DNA of 63,333 bases from an uncultured Candidatus Saccharibacteria bacterium (lineage in GTDB: Bacteria; Patescibacteriota; Dojkabacteria; GCA-016699595; JBAXKR01): assembly GCA_964430225.1 (NCBI GenBank), contig CAYSFE010000002.1, positions 1 to 63,333 of the forward strand, written 5' to 3'. The number at the start of each line of letters is the position of its first letter. Positions within the stretch are counted from its first letter, which is position 1. This document shows, piece by piece, positions 37,789-46,441 of this stretch. The notes under the pieces were generated by a model. That model saw only the letters and a program-made list of their open reading frames with translations, was not told the DNA's origin and did no database searches. Position numbers and translations under genes: made by a program.

Positions 37789-38313
37789 CTACTCTGACTG
37801 TAGTCTTAATAGTACCCCATTTTCTGCATTAGGAGCTATAACTCTTAATACTCCAGTTTCAGTTTTATCTAAACAGATAGTATATCCAGTATCTGTCTCA
37901 GTTCCGACTTGAGGATCTAATGGAACACTTGCAAGATATGTTGGAACAAGAACAGGAGTTAAATTAACTAGTCCTGCTTTGCTACCAATATTTCTCCCTG
38001 TTGGGACTGAAGTACATGTAGGAATAGCTGAAAGATTTACACCATCCACTTCTGCTTGTGCAACTGCATTAAATATTTCTGTTACATCAGACCTTCTTTG
38101 GGTATTTCTAGCATCAGAAATATTCTTGGCTGGATTAATAGCTACAAACACACCAGATAAAATAATACCTCCAAAACATAATACACATAAGACAATTATT
38201 ACTATTAAAACTATTGCCCAGACTGGAAACTTTTTCTTAGGTGTAACTGGTGTTACTGGAGTATTCTCAACCTTTGTTACGGGCTCTGTTACTTTAGCTG
38301 TACTTTCTTCCAT
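37789..38313 (-). CDS. pilin-like membrane-anchored protein lacking a canonical prepilin cleavage motif
   Basis: A 30-aa polar leader and one TM helix are followed by INPAKNISDARNTQRRSDVTEIFNAVAQ and a later LVPTYLASVPLDPQ, which is a pilin alpha1/beta-like pattern. Confidence 0.55.
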   Translation of the reverse strand: MEESTAKVTEPVTKVENTPVTPVTPKKKFPVWAIVLIVIIVLCVLCFGGIILSGVFVAINPAKNISDARNTQRRSDVTEIFNAVAQAEVDGVNLSAIPTCTSVPTGRNIGSKAGLVNLTPVLVPTYLASVPLDPQVGTETDTGYTICLDKTETGVLRVIAPNAENGVLLRLQSE

Positions 38314-38414
38314 AATATATTGGTAATAATTATGTAATGATAATAGTTCATGACTTAATATTATTCAATCTATTTGACCTTGTATTCTTCAATATTTGTA
38401 TATATATTATTCCT

Positions 38415-39092
38415 ATGAAAAGTAAAATCATCATCTCAGGTCAGCCTGGTGCAGGGTCAACCACAATATCCCTAATTCTTTCATACTTACTTAAGTATAA
38501 ATATATATACACAGGTATGGTACAAAGAGATTTAGCTAAAGCTTTGGGATATGATTCTGAAGGGGAAGCATTTGTAAGGTATACAAAAGAGAAGGAAAGC
38601 AAATATGATAAAGATGTAGATAGACTTGTTAGAGAAGAATTTCTTAAGAATGAAAAGATAATCCTAGATTCAAAGATACATGGATTTTTTGATTACTCTA
38701 ATGTTGATGTCTTAAAGGTATATGTCATTTGTTCTAAAAAGAAAAGAAACCAAAGAATTGTAGCTCAGGGAAGAAAAGATGGTTTAGAATTACTAGATCA
38801 AAGGGAAAAAGCAAATAGGGATAATTTTTTAAACCTTTATGGGTTTGATGTATTTGATGAAAAACAGATAAGGAATAAATATGATTTGGTTATAGACTCT
38901 ACCAATCAAAATATTGCTGAAACACTTCAAGAAATAATTAAGAAACTAGAAGTAGATATACCTGAATCTGATTTGGTAAATATCTCAGAGGTATATTGGG
39001 CTAAAGGAAAATCATTCTTTAGGGGTGAATTAGCTAAACAAAATCTTCTTCTTGACACTAAACCTATTGTAAATGAACTCTTAAAGCTTTAA
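38415..39092 (+). CDS. P-loop nucleoside-monophosphate kinase, cytidylate-kinase-like
   Basis: MKSKIIISGQPGAGSTTIS Walker A at the N-terminus. The start is trimmed from the tracked ORF to the Met preceding the P-loop. Confidence 0.55.
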   Translation: MKSKIIISGQPGAGSTTISLILSYLLKYKYIYTGMVQRDLAKALGYDSEGEAFVRYTKEKESKYDKDVDRLVREEFLKNEKIILDSKIHGFFDYSNVDVLKVYVICSKKKRNQRIVAQGRKDGLELLDQREKANRDNFLNLYGFDVFDEKQIRNKYDLVIDSTNQNIAETLQEIIKKLEVDIPESDLVNISEVYWAKGKSFFRGELAKQNLLLDTKPIVNELLKL

Positions 39093-39099
39093 TATATAC

Positions 39100-39221
39100 C
39101 TAGTGATTTTAGTCTTTGGCAAGCTAAGTTGTAAGTAAAAGTGCCTAAGTAATTAGGAATATGGGTGGAACCGCGACTTCTATGAAGAGGCCGTCCCAGA
39201 TATATAATTAATATATATATT
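39100..39221 (+). promoter_or_regulatory. T-box-like leader (putative tRNA-Gly-sensing riboswitch), unusually short
   Basis: - GGGTGGAACCGCG at 39163-39175 matches the T-box consensus AGGGUGGNACCGCG.
- CCGTCCC at 39191-39197 can close an antiterminator around a UGGAACC bulge.
- A hairpin (CCTAA-GTAA-TTAGG, 39144-39157) lies just upstream.
- The downstream operon contains GlyRS. Confidence 0.6.
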
Positions 39222-39821
39222 ATGGCGACAGCTGAAAACACAATTAATACATTTCAATTTGGTAGAGAGCTTAAAGTAGTACCTGATATGCATACTAAAC
39301 ATGGTGCAGAAATTATGCTTGGGATTTGTGCTGTTCTTAATGAGAATCCCTCAGATAGATTTGGCACAGGAGTCATAGGTGTTTTTGAAAAACCTTTAAA
39401 TGCTGGAACTTTAAAGCCTAAGCCTCTTGGATATCTAGTCTTTACAGTAGGACCTACCTCAATTGTGTGTTCAATGACTACTCATTTAAATACAATGGCA
39501 TTAAATTCGTCTTTACCTTCTTGGATTACTGATATTAATGAAATTGCATCTGGTAATGGATTACAGGCAGTTCCAATGGAAAAAACAGAATATTTAGTAA
39601 AAGATGGTAATGGTAATAATGTTACAAAAAAGGAATATATACCAAACAGAGCATATACTAACTTGGGTTTAGGAGAACTATTAGTTACACAATTAGAACT
39701 TTATGCAAAGTCTATAGGTATTAAGAATATAGCTTTTGATGATGCAAACGAGCATGCAGGCAAGCTTCTTAATAGATTAGGATATGTTGGAGCAAAAAAT
39801 CTTAAAAAAACATTAGAATAA
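39222..39821 (+). CDS. GNAT-fold acyltransferase-like protein
   Basis: 199 aa. The C-terminal AYTNLGLGELLVTQLELYAKSIGIKNIAFDDANEHAGKLLNRLGY resembles GNAT motif A plus beta5-alpha4. The N-terminal half is unassigned. Confidence 0.5.
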   Translation: MATAENTINTFQFGRELKVVPDMHTKHGAEIMLGICAVLNENPSDRFGTGVIGVFEKPLNAGTLKPKPLGYLVFTVGPTSIVCSMTTHLNTMALNSSLPSWITDINEIASGNGLQAVPMEKTEYLVKDGNGNNVTKKEYIPNRAYTNLGLGELLVTQLELYAKSIGIKNIAFDDANEHAGKLLNRLGYVGAKNLKKTLE

Positions 39822-39846
39822 ATATTATTTTTTATCTTTTTATCTC

Positions 39847-41232
39847 ATGGCAAAATTAACACTAGATCATATGGCATCATTTACAAAATCACGAGGTTTT
39901 GTATACCCCTCTTCTGAGATATATGGTGGATTTGCAGCTGTATATGACTATGGACACTATGGAATTCTTTTAAAGAAGAATATTGAAAGTATGTGGTTTA
40001 AGAGTATGGTTCAAGAGAGAGATGATGTATATGCTCTTGATTCTGGAATATTCATGCATCCCCTAACTTGGAAGGCCTCTGGACATCTTGATAGTTTTAA
40101 TGATGTATTAATTGAAGATAAGGTGACTCATAAAAGATATAGAGCGGATCATGTAATTGAAGAATATTTTGAAAAGAAAGGAGAGAAAGTAGATATGGAT
40201 AAAAAGACTCCTGAAGAGATGGCTAAGATAATTACTGATAACAAAATTCTTAGTCCTGATGGAAATGAACTTACCTCTCCTCGTAACTTTAGCCTTATGA
40301 TTAAGACTAACTTAGGAGTTACAGATGGTAGTTTTAGTGATGAAAGTGCTGTATATCCTAGAGCTGAAACTTGTCAGGGTATATATCTAGATTATAAAGC
40401 GGTTATGGATAGTTTAAGACCTAAACTTCCATTTGGAATAGCTCAAATTGGTAAAGCATTTAGAAATGAAATAGTAGCAAGACAGTTCATATTTAGAACT
40501 CGAGAGTTTGAACAAATGGAAATGCAATATTTCCTACATCCAACAGAAATGGATACTAAGTATGAAGAATGGAAACAATATAGACATAAGTGGTTTATTG
40601 AAATGGGAATACCAGAGGATAAAGTAAGATTTAAAGAACATACAAAACTTGCTCACTATGCATCTAAAGCATACGATATCGAATACAACTTTGATATTTT
40701 AGGTGGATTTAAAGAAGTAGAGGGAATTCATGCGCGTGGTGATTGGGATCTATCACAACACCAAAAGTTTAGTGGTGTAGATCTTACTTACTTTGATCAA
40801 GTTCGAAATGAGAAATATCTTCCAAACATTATGGAAACATCTGTTGGACTAAATAGACTTTTCTTAATGTTTCTAGACAATGCCTACACTGAAGAAGAAG
40901 TTAATGGAGAAAAAAGAATAGTATTAAAACTAGATAAAAGATTAGCTCCTGTAAAGATATCTATACTTCCTCTTTCTAAGAAGGAACCTTTATCTACTAT
41001 TGCACATGAGATAAAGAATACTTTAAGAAAAACATATTTTGTAGAGTATGATGAAACTCAAAGTATTGGAAAGAGATATAGAAGAGCAGATGAAATAGGT
41101 ACTCCATATTGTATTACAGTAGATTTTGAAACTGTAAATGATAAAAAGGTAACGGTAAGAGATAGAGATAGTATGAAACAAGATAGAATAGAAATATCTA
41201 AATTAGAAGAATATTTTAAGGAGAAGTTTTAA
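39847..41232 (+). CDS. glyQS: glycyl-tRNA synthetase, single-chain (alpha2) class II type
   Basis: 461 aa with FVYPSSEIYGG near the N-terminus, motif 2 GIAQIGKAFRNEI, and a C-terminal anticodon-binding domain (APVKISILPL). Confidence 0.95.
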   Translation: MAKLTLDHMASFTKSRGFVYPSSEIYGGFAAVYDYGHYGILLKKNIESMWFKSMVQERDDVYALDSGIFMHPLTWKASGHLDSFNDVLIEDKVTHKRYRADHVIEEYFEKKGEKVDMDKKTPEEMAKIITDNKILSPDGNELTSPRNFSLMIKTNLGVTDGSFSDESAVYPRAETCQGIYLDYKAVMDSLRPKLPFGIAQIGKAFRNEIVARQFIFRTREFEQMEMQYFLHPTEMDTKYEEWKQYRHKWFIEMGIPEDKVRFKEHTKLAHYASKAYDIEYNFDILGGFKEVEGIHARGDWDLSQHQKFSGVDLTYFDQVRNEKYLPNIMETSVGLNRLFLMFLDNAYTEEEVNGEKRIVLKLDKRLAPVKISILPLSKKEPLSTIAHEIKNTLRKTYFVEYDETQSIGKRYRRADEIGTPYCITVDFETVNDKKVTVRDRDSMKQDRIEISKLEEYFKEKF

Positions 41233-43855
41233 ACTCTTCTTCAAGTTGTTTCTTCTTTTTTCTTCTAAGAATTATTACGAATACTGTTATAACTAACGCT
41301 AACACTAAGCACGCTAGTATTACTGGCAAAGTACTTACATTTATATATGTACTTGCAACTGTACCGATATTAGGTCTTGATATGCTAGATTGTTTCGATA
41401 TAGAAGGATCTATTGCTACAATTATCTTAAACTCTCCAGATTCACTAAGGTTTCTAGTAAACTTTTGATCTCCTACAGTAATAACAGTTTCTGTTTCAGC
41501 AACATTTTTTTCAACCATTATTTCCCCATTTTTATCAGTTGTATATTTTCTATCGCCCACGTAAACATCTACTCCTAAAACTGGACTATCATTATTGTCA
41601 CGGATTAGAACGGTTATACTATCTGATACTGTTGTTGATGATGATAGTGATGAACTAGTAGCTGAAGTTGTACTTGTAGAACTTGATGTTGTTTCAGTTT
41701 CAACATTATCAGGGCAATATATTTCTTTTAATGTAGGAGTAAAGTTTTCACATCCTAATACTATTACAAGTGTTCTTTTTTCTGATTCAATATTATCTGA
41801 AGTTACAGCATAGTAAGTAAAGGTATTACTACCTGTAGGTACTGATTTAATTTCAATACTAAACTTACCATTACTGTCAGTTTGAGAAGTATAGTACGTG
41901 TCTCCTAACTTAAATTTTATAGTTATAGAAGGATCTGCACTTCCCTTTATATCCAGTGTTGAAGAAAGGAAATAGTATTTTAAGGAGTCTTTATCAGGAA
42001 TATTATTTATGAGTCCAATAGACTCAATCTTCACTTTGTTTACTTTGAAATTCTGTGAAAATGCTCCATATGGTGAAGTTAATCCAGATATTTTCCAGTA
42101 CTTATTATCCCCTATTTCCTCAGTTGTTCCATTTAAAACTCTTGTATAATTTGTACAACTCGAAGTAATGCTTTCAATGCTAACCTGATTGGGGCATAGT
42201 CCTACAACATTATCACCATCCTTTTTCGGAATATATAGATCATATGTAGAAGTAACTCCAGTAATTCCAGTTAATGCTCCAACATATGATTTATAGTTTA
42301 CACTATCACTACCTGCAACAAAGCTTGAGAAGTCTAAGTCGCTATTAAATGTAGAGTTTAAATTCGTAATATATTTTCCATTCGAATCTTCTATTCTTAA
42401 TGTTTGTGGTCCATATGAACCATATCCAGTTCCAATAGTAACTTCATTTTCTCCCACAAATCCTTTCATCCCACCTGATAGATTTTTCACTTGGTAGGTA
42501 TTTGTTAGTACCAACATATATGAGTCTAAATATGTTGTTGCACCCTTACTTATTCCCCCAATAAAATATTTGTTATCCTTTAAAGCTATTGAATTGGCTC
42601 TTTCATATTGATTTCCCCCTCCTATGTTATTGTAAGTTAAGACTCCATTTGTACCAAATGTAGTATCAGTTTCTCCATTTTCATTTATTCTTGTAACAAG
42701 TACATCCTGTCCAGTACTTACCTCTCCTACTACAATATATTTACCACTAGGATCTATAATGAAATCATGAAACTTTTCGGAACTAGTTGATATATCAAAA
42801 TATTTATACCCAGTTGAATTGAAACTTGTATCAAAGCTTGAATCTGGATTTACTCTCACAATTAGACCATCGTAATCATATGTTGGACCATTTTTTCTAG
42901 TTACACCTACGATTAAATATTTACCATTAGAAAGAACTTTAAATCTACTTGGAGTAGTCATAAAGTCTTGCATACCAGTAAATACAAATGACTTGTGACC
43001 AGTAGAATTAAATGAAGTATCTAGTCCTCCATTCTCATTTACTCTATGTAAAATTAATCCATATTCATTTCCAGGGTTGTTTCTAACACCCGCTATAACT
43101 AATTTGTTAGTTGAATCTATATCAAATCTATATCCAAAGTCACGACATCCTGAACAGTCTTCTGAATTAATTGTGAAAATACCATCACTATCAAAAGAAG
43201 TATCTAATGTTCCATTGGAATTATATTTCCAAACAACCAAGTCTCTATCATTGCTTATAGCACTTGCACTATCACCAACAACAAATATTTTCCCTGATTC
43301 TGTAATTTTTATATCTCTACCTGTATCATCTCCACTTCCTCCTGCTGCTCCATGATGTGTTAGTATTCCTGTTCCATTAAACGAAGTATCTAGAGTTCCA
43401 TCAGTATTAAATCGCCAAATGATCATATCCCATAGGTTTGTACCATCTATGTACTTTTCTCCAGTTACAACAATCTTTCCATCATTTTGTATGGCCATAC
43501 TATACGGAGTAACATTCTTGTTCTCATTTATAGTTATATACCCTAACCCACCATTAAATGAAGTGTCTGACGTTCCATTTGAATTGTATTTATATATGAC
43601 AATATTACGGTAATAGCTAGCATTAGAACCTGAACCAAGGGATAAGATCTTTCCATCGCTTAGTACTTTTGTATCATAAATTTCTTCGTCATCATTTCCT
43701 CCTAATGCGTCTCTTTGTAGACTAGAAAACGAGGAGTTTATTTCTGCAAAAGATGGAGCAGAATATCTATTTAAATTCCAAAAAGTGAATATGTAAGATA
43801 CAAGCACTAATGTGGAAAAAAGTGATAACCGTACTAATTTATCATGCAGATTCAT
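41216..43855 (-). CDS. surface protein with delta-60-type beta-propeller repeats, Ig-like/carboxypeptidase-regulatory-like modules, a Ser/Thr linker and a C-terminal TM anchor
   Basis: 879 aa with a signal peptide and repeated (D/N)GT(L/S)DTSFN..G...DGKI.V.G units. Also contains an SSSTSTTSATSSSLSSST linker and ends in a TM helix plus RRKKKK. Confidence 0.7.
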   Translation of the reverse strand: MNLHDKLVRLSLFSTLVLVSYIFTFWNLNRYSAPSFAEINSSFSSLQRDALGGNDDEEIYDTKVLSDGKILSLGSGSNASYYRNIVIYKYNSNGTSDTSFNGGLGYITINENKNVTPYSMAIQNDGKIVVTGEKYIDGTNLWDMIIWRFNTDGTLDTSFNGTGILTHHGAAGGSGDDTGRDIKITESGKIFVVGDSASAISNDRDLVVWKYNSNGTLDTSFDSDGIFTINSEDCSGCRDFGYRFDIDSTNKLVIAGVRNNPGNEYGLILHRVNENGGLDTSFNSTGHKSFVFTGMQDFMTTPSRFKVLSNGKYLIVGVTRKNGPTYDYDGLIVRVNPDSSFDTSFNSTGYKYFDISTSSEKFHDFIIDPSGKYIVVGEVSTGQDVLVTRINENGETDTTFGTNGVLTYNNIGGGNQYERANSIALKDNKYFIGGISKGATTYLDSYMLVLTNTYQVKNLSGGMKGFVGENEVTIGTGYGSYGPQTLRIEDSNGKYITNLNSTFNSDLDFSSFVAGSDSVNYKSYVGALTGITGVTSTYDLYIPKKDGDNVVGLCPNQVSIESITSSCTNYTRVLNGTTEEIGDNKYWKISGLTSPYGAFSQNFKVNKVKIESIGLINNIPDKDSLKYYFLSSTLDIKGSADPSITIKFKLGDTYYTSQTDSNGKFSIEIKSVPTGSNTFTYYAVTSDNIESEKRTLVIVLGCENFTPTLKEIYCPDNVETETTSSSTSTTSATSSSLSSSTTVSDSITVLIRDNNDSPVLGVDVYVGDRKYTTDKNGEIMVEKNVAETETVITVGDQKFTRNLSESGEFKIIVAIDPSISKQSSISRPNIGTVASTYINVSTLPVILACLVLALVITVFVIILRRKKKKQLEEEFKTSP

Positions 43856-43929
43856 TTTATTTACTAATATATTTATACATATTTTTTGAGAATATGTATA
43901 GTGGAGACTGAAACTGATATACTTTTAAT

Positions 43930-44859
43930 GTGAAAATGTTTTCTACTTTAAAACATATATATTTAGTTCTTTTTATCCTTTCCATATTTGTACTTCTTTC
44001 AATTGGATTATCTAAAACTTTAGGTAAAGATAATACTAAAGTAGTAAAGGTAGACGATGGCTATACCCTTCTTACTTCTAAAGAAAATAATACTGAATTT
44101 AAACTTACTGATAAAAGTATTTTAAATACTAATATTGATTTTGATAAAGATACATATATGTCTAATTTAGGAGTGACATATATAGATACTCCTAAGATTA
44201 AAACAATGCCTGTACTCACTTACCATAATACTCAATATATCCCAGCTTCAAGAGCAGGAGCAGCATATTATGTAGAACCTCCTATGTTTGAAAAGCAAAT
44301 GAGGTATCTATACCTATGGGGATACAAAACACTGACTATTGATGAATATATTTCAATACTAGATGGTAAAAGTAAACTTTATCCGTATATGATTTTACTA
44401 GCTTTTGATGATGGGAATAAAAATAACTATACATATGCAAGACCATCTATGGTGAAATATGGACTAACTGGAACTTTCAATGTAGTAGCAGGAAGACGAG
44501 GTATGAGTAATGCTGAGATTAAAGAAATGTCAGATATATTTGATATCGAATCACATAGTCAAACTCATGTAGATCACTCTAAGGTAGATGTAGCAAGACT
44601 TGAATCAGAAGCTTCTGCAAGTAAAAATACCTTACAAGCTATAACAGGTAAGACCATAAAGACATATACATATCCAGGGTGTGCATATAATGGGAAAGCC
44701 ATAGACGCTCTTAAAAAGTTCAATTATGAAATTGCTTTTTCATGTGCTGGTAGACATGGTATTAACCAAGAAACAAGTAGAAGATATGAGATAAGAAGAA
44801 TGCATGTAGATACTTCTATGGAATCTTTATTCATTACCTTACAAGGAAAACTTCCATGA
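43930..44859 (+). CDS. polysaccharide deacetylase (NodB-homology, CE4) with an N-terminal anchor
   Basis: LAFDDGNKNNY (the DD metal/catalytic motif) and HSQTH. Signal-anchor at the N-terminus. GTG at 43930 or ATG at 43936. Confidence 0.75.
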   Translation: MKMFSTLKHIYLVLFILSIFVLLSIGLSKTLGKDNTKVVKVDDGYTLLTSKENNTEFKLTDKSILNTNIDFDKDTYMSNLGVTYIDTPKIKTMPVLTYHNTQYIPASRAGAAYYVEPPMFEKQMRYLYLWGYKTLTIDEYISILDGKSKLYPYMILLAFDDGNKNNYTYARPSMVKYGLTGTFNVVAGRRGMSNAEIKEMSDIFDIESHSQTHVDHSKVDVARLESEASASKNTLQAITGKTIKTYTYPGCAYNGKAIDALKKFNYEIAFSCAGRHGINQETSRRYEIRRMHVDTSMESLFITLQGKLP

Positions 44860-45671
44860 GTGATTTAAAAATAGAGGAACTTATTCCAAGTGGAATATTA
44901 ATTGTTGATAAACCGAAAGGGATTACCTCTCATGATGTAATTGATCTCATAAGAAAAAAATATCAAACTTCAGCTGTTGGTCATGCAGGAACACTTGATC
45001 CTTTTGCAACCGGAGGGTTAATAGTACTTTTAAATGAATATACAAAATACTCTGATACTTTCCTTACTCTAAAAAAGTCATATATCTTTGAAGCAATACT
45101 TGGTAAGAAAACACTTAGTGGTGATCTAGAAGATAAGGTTATATCAGAAAACACTGATATTAAGTTCGAGAAAGAAATGTTTGAAGTGAAAATTAAGGAG
45201 CAACTCGATAAATATCTTAAAGAATATTATCAGGTAGTTCCAATTCTAAGCTCTATTAAAGTTGCAGGATTTAAGCTTAGAGAATTAACCAGAAACTCAA
45301 ATAATCCTATGGTTATTAAAAGAAATAAATTAGATATTTCTGATAATGAAATATTAATTCAAACTGATTCTAAGGAAAGTATTACAAGTGAGTCCGATAT
45401 CGGGGTATTTGATTTAAAAAGAGGTCTTAAATATATTCTACTACCTAAACGTAAGGTTGATATTGTTTCATACAGAGATATTAAAGTAGAAAAGAATGAA
45501 AGTGTGATTACAATGTCAGGAGAAATTGAAGTATCTAGTGGTACATATATTAGGAAACTTGTTGAGGATATTACTGAAAACTCTCTATCTATTTACTCAT
45601 ATCTTTCAAAACTATCAAGAAAGTATGATAGAGACTCTATCTTAAAAGCCATTTCTCAGCTAAAAACTTAG
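44856..45671 (+). CDS. truB: tRNA pseudouridine(55) synthase
   Basis: GILIVDKPKGITSHDV and the catalytic motif GHAGTLDPFATG. Confidence 0.85.
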   Translation: MSDLKIEELIPSGILIVDKPKGITSHDVIDLIRKKYQTSAVGHAGTLDPFATGGLIVLLNEYTKYSDTFLTLKKSYIFEAILGKKTLSGDLEDKVISENTDIKFEKEMFEVKIKEQLDKYLKEYYQVVPILSSIKVAGFKLRELTRNSNNPMVIKRNKLDISDNEILIQTDSKESITSESDIGVFDLKRGLKYILLPKRKVDIVSYRDIKVEKNESVITMSGEIEVSSGTYIRKLVEDITENSLSIYSYLSKLSRKYDRDSILKAISQLKT

Positions 45672-46440
45672 AAAGATATTCTCCATTTTCACTTTGATAA
45701 TCTCTTAAGTAGAATTCCTCTGCCAGTTCTTTTCCTACATATCTAATATGCCAAGGTTCATATATATATCCTGTTAGACTCTCAGAATTTTTATAGTAAG
45801 AAATAACAAACCCATACTTATATGCATTCTCTTCTAGGTATTTGTATAAAACTTTATTATTTTTAGAGTTATCGAAAGATGTACAAGTACTACAAGCAAG
45901 ATCTACTGTTGTACCAAGTTGGTGTTCACTATGTCCTTCTTTTGCTGAGTAAGTATTAGCACTCTCTATAGCCTCTGCTTTTGTTTTACCTTTCTTTAAT
46001 TCACCATTCATCCAGTTATTAAAAGTAACTCTTTGAGTATCAAATGATCTATATGCAGATATAACTCTAATGTTTATCTTTTTACTTTTAGCATCAAGAA
46101 ATAGACTATTTAGTGCATCTGCTGCTTCTTTGTTAAGTTTATTAGACTTAGAGAAAGGAATACTTATTAAATTTGTAGGAACATAACTTTCACTTAGAGC
46201 ATTGGTTTTGTTCACTGGATATAAAGCGCAGTCACTTTCACATACACTAGGAACTTCTAATGTAGAAATACTTGAAGAAGAAACTGATTCAATGTCATCT
46301 GTAACGTCTGGTGTATTACTAGATGTTGTTTGAGAAAGTACTATTGTTTTACTTACCTTTGTTGCCTCTTTATACATATATAGAAGTGACATGGTAAGAA
46401 GTATTCCAGCTATTGTTGTTAGGGTTAGTATCTTTTGCAC
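45637..46440 (-). CDS. D-alanyl-D-alanine carboxypeptidase, peptidase M15B (VanY-like), membrane-anchored
   Basis: SAYRSFDTQ, SEHQLGTTVDL and EPWHIRYVG zinc/catalytic motifs, plus an N-terminal TM helix. Confidence 0.85.
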   Translation of the reverse strand: MQKILTLTTIAGILLTMSLLYMYKEATKVSKTIVLSQTTSSNTPDVTDDIESVSSSSISTLEVPSVCESDCALYPVNKTNALSESYVPTNLISIPFSKSNKLNKEAADALNSLFLDAKSKKINIRVISAYRSFDTQRVTFNNWMNGELKKGKTKAEAIESANTYSAKEGHSEHQLGTTVDLACSTCTSFDNSKNNKVLYKYLEENAYKYGFVISYYKNSESLTGYIYEPWHIRYVGKELAEEFYLRDYQSENGEYLSKFLAEKWLLR

Positions 46441-46441
46441 T

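Noticed and set aside
38337-38414. 26-codon hydrophobic N-terminal extension of the cytidylate-kinase-like ORF
   Set aside because: P-loop NMP kinases begin a few residues before the Walker A motif. The extension is AT-rich promoter-like sequence read in frame.
39052-39095. Exact promoter assignment for the T-box leader (TTGACA at 39052-39057; TTGTAA at 39067-39072 with TAATAT at 39090-39095)
   Set aside because: Several -35/-10-like hexamers are possible in this AT-rich stretch, and the best -35 has no correctly spaced -10. I cannot choose between them without 5'-end data.
43875-43899. 8-bp inverted repeat ATACATAT-N9-ATATGTAT in the divergent promoter region between the delta-60 gene and the deacetylase gene
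   Set aside because: AT-only palindromes of this size are expected by chance in sequence this AT-rich. There is no second copy elsewhere to suggest an operator family.
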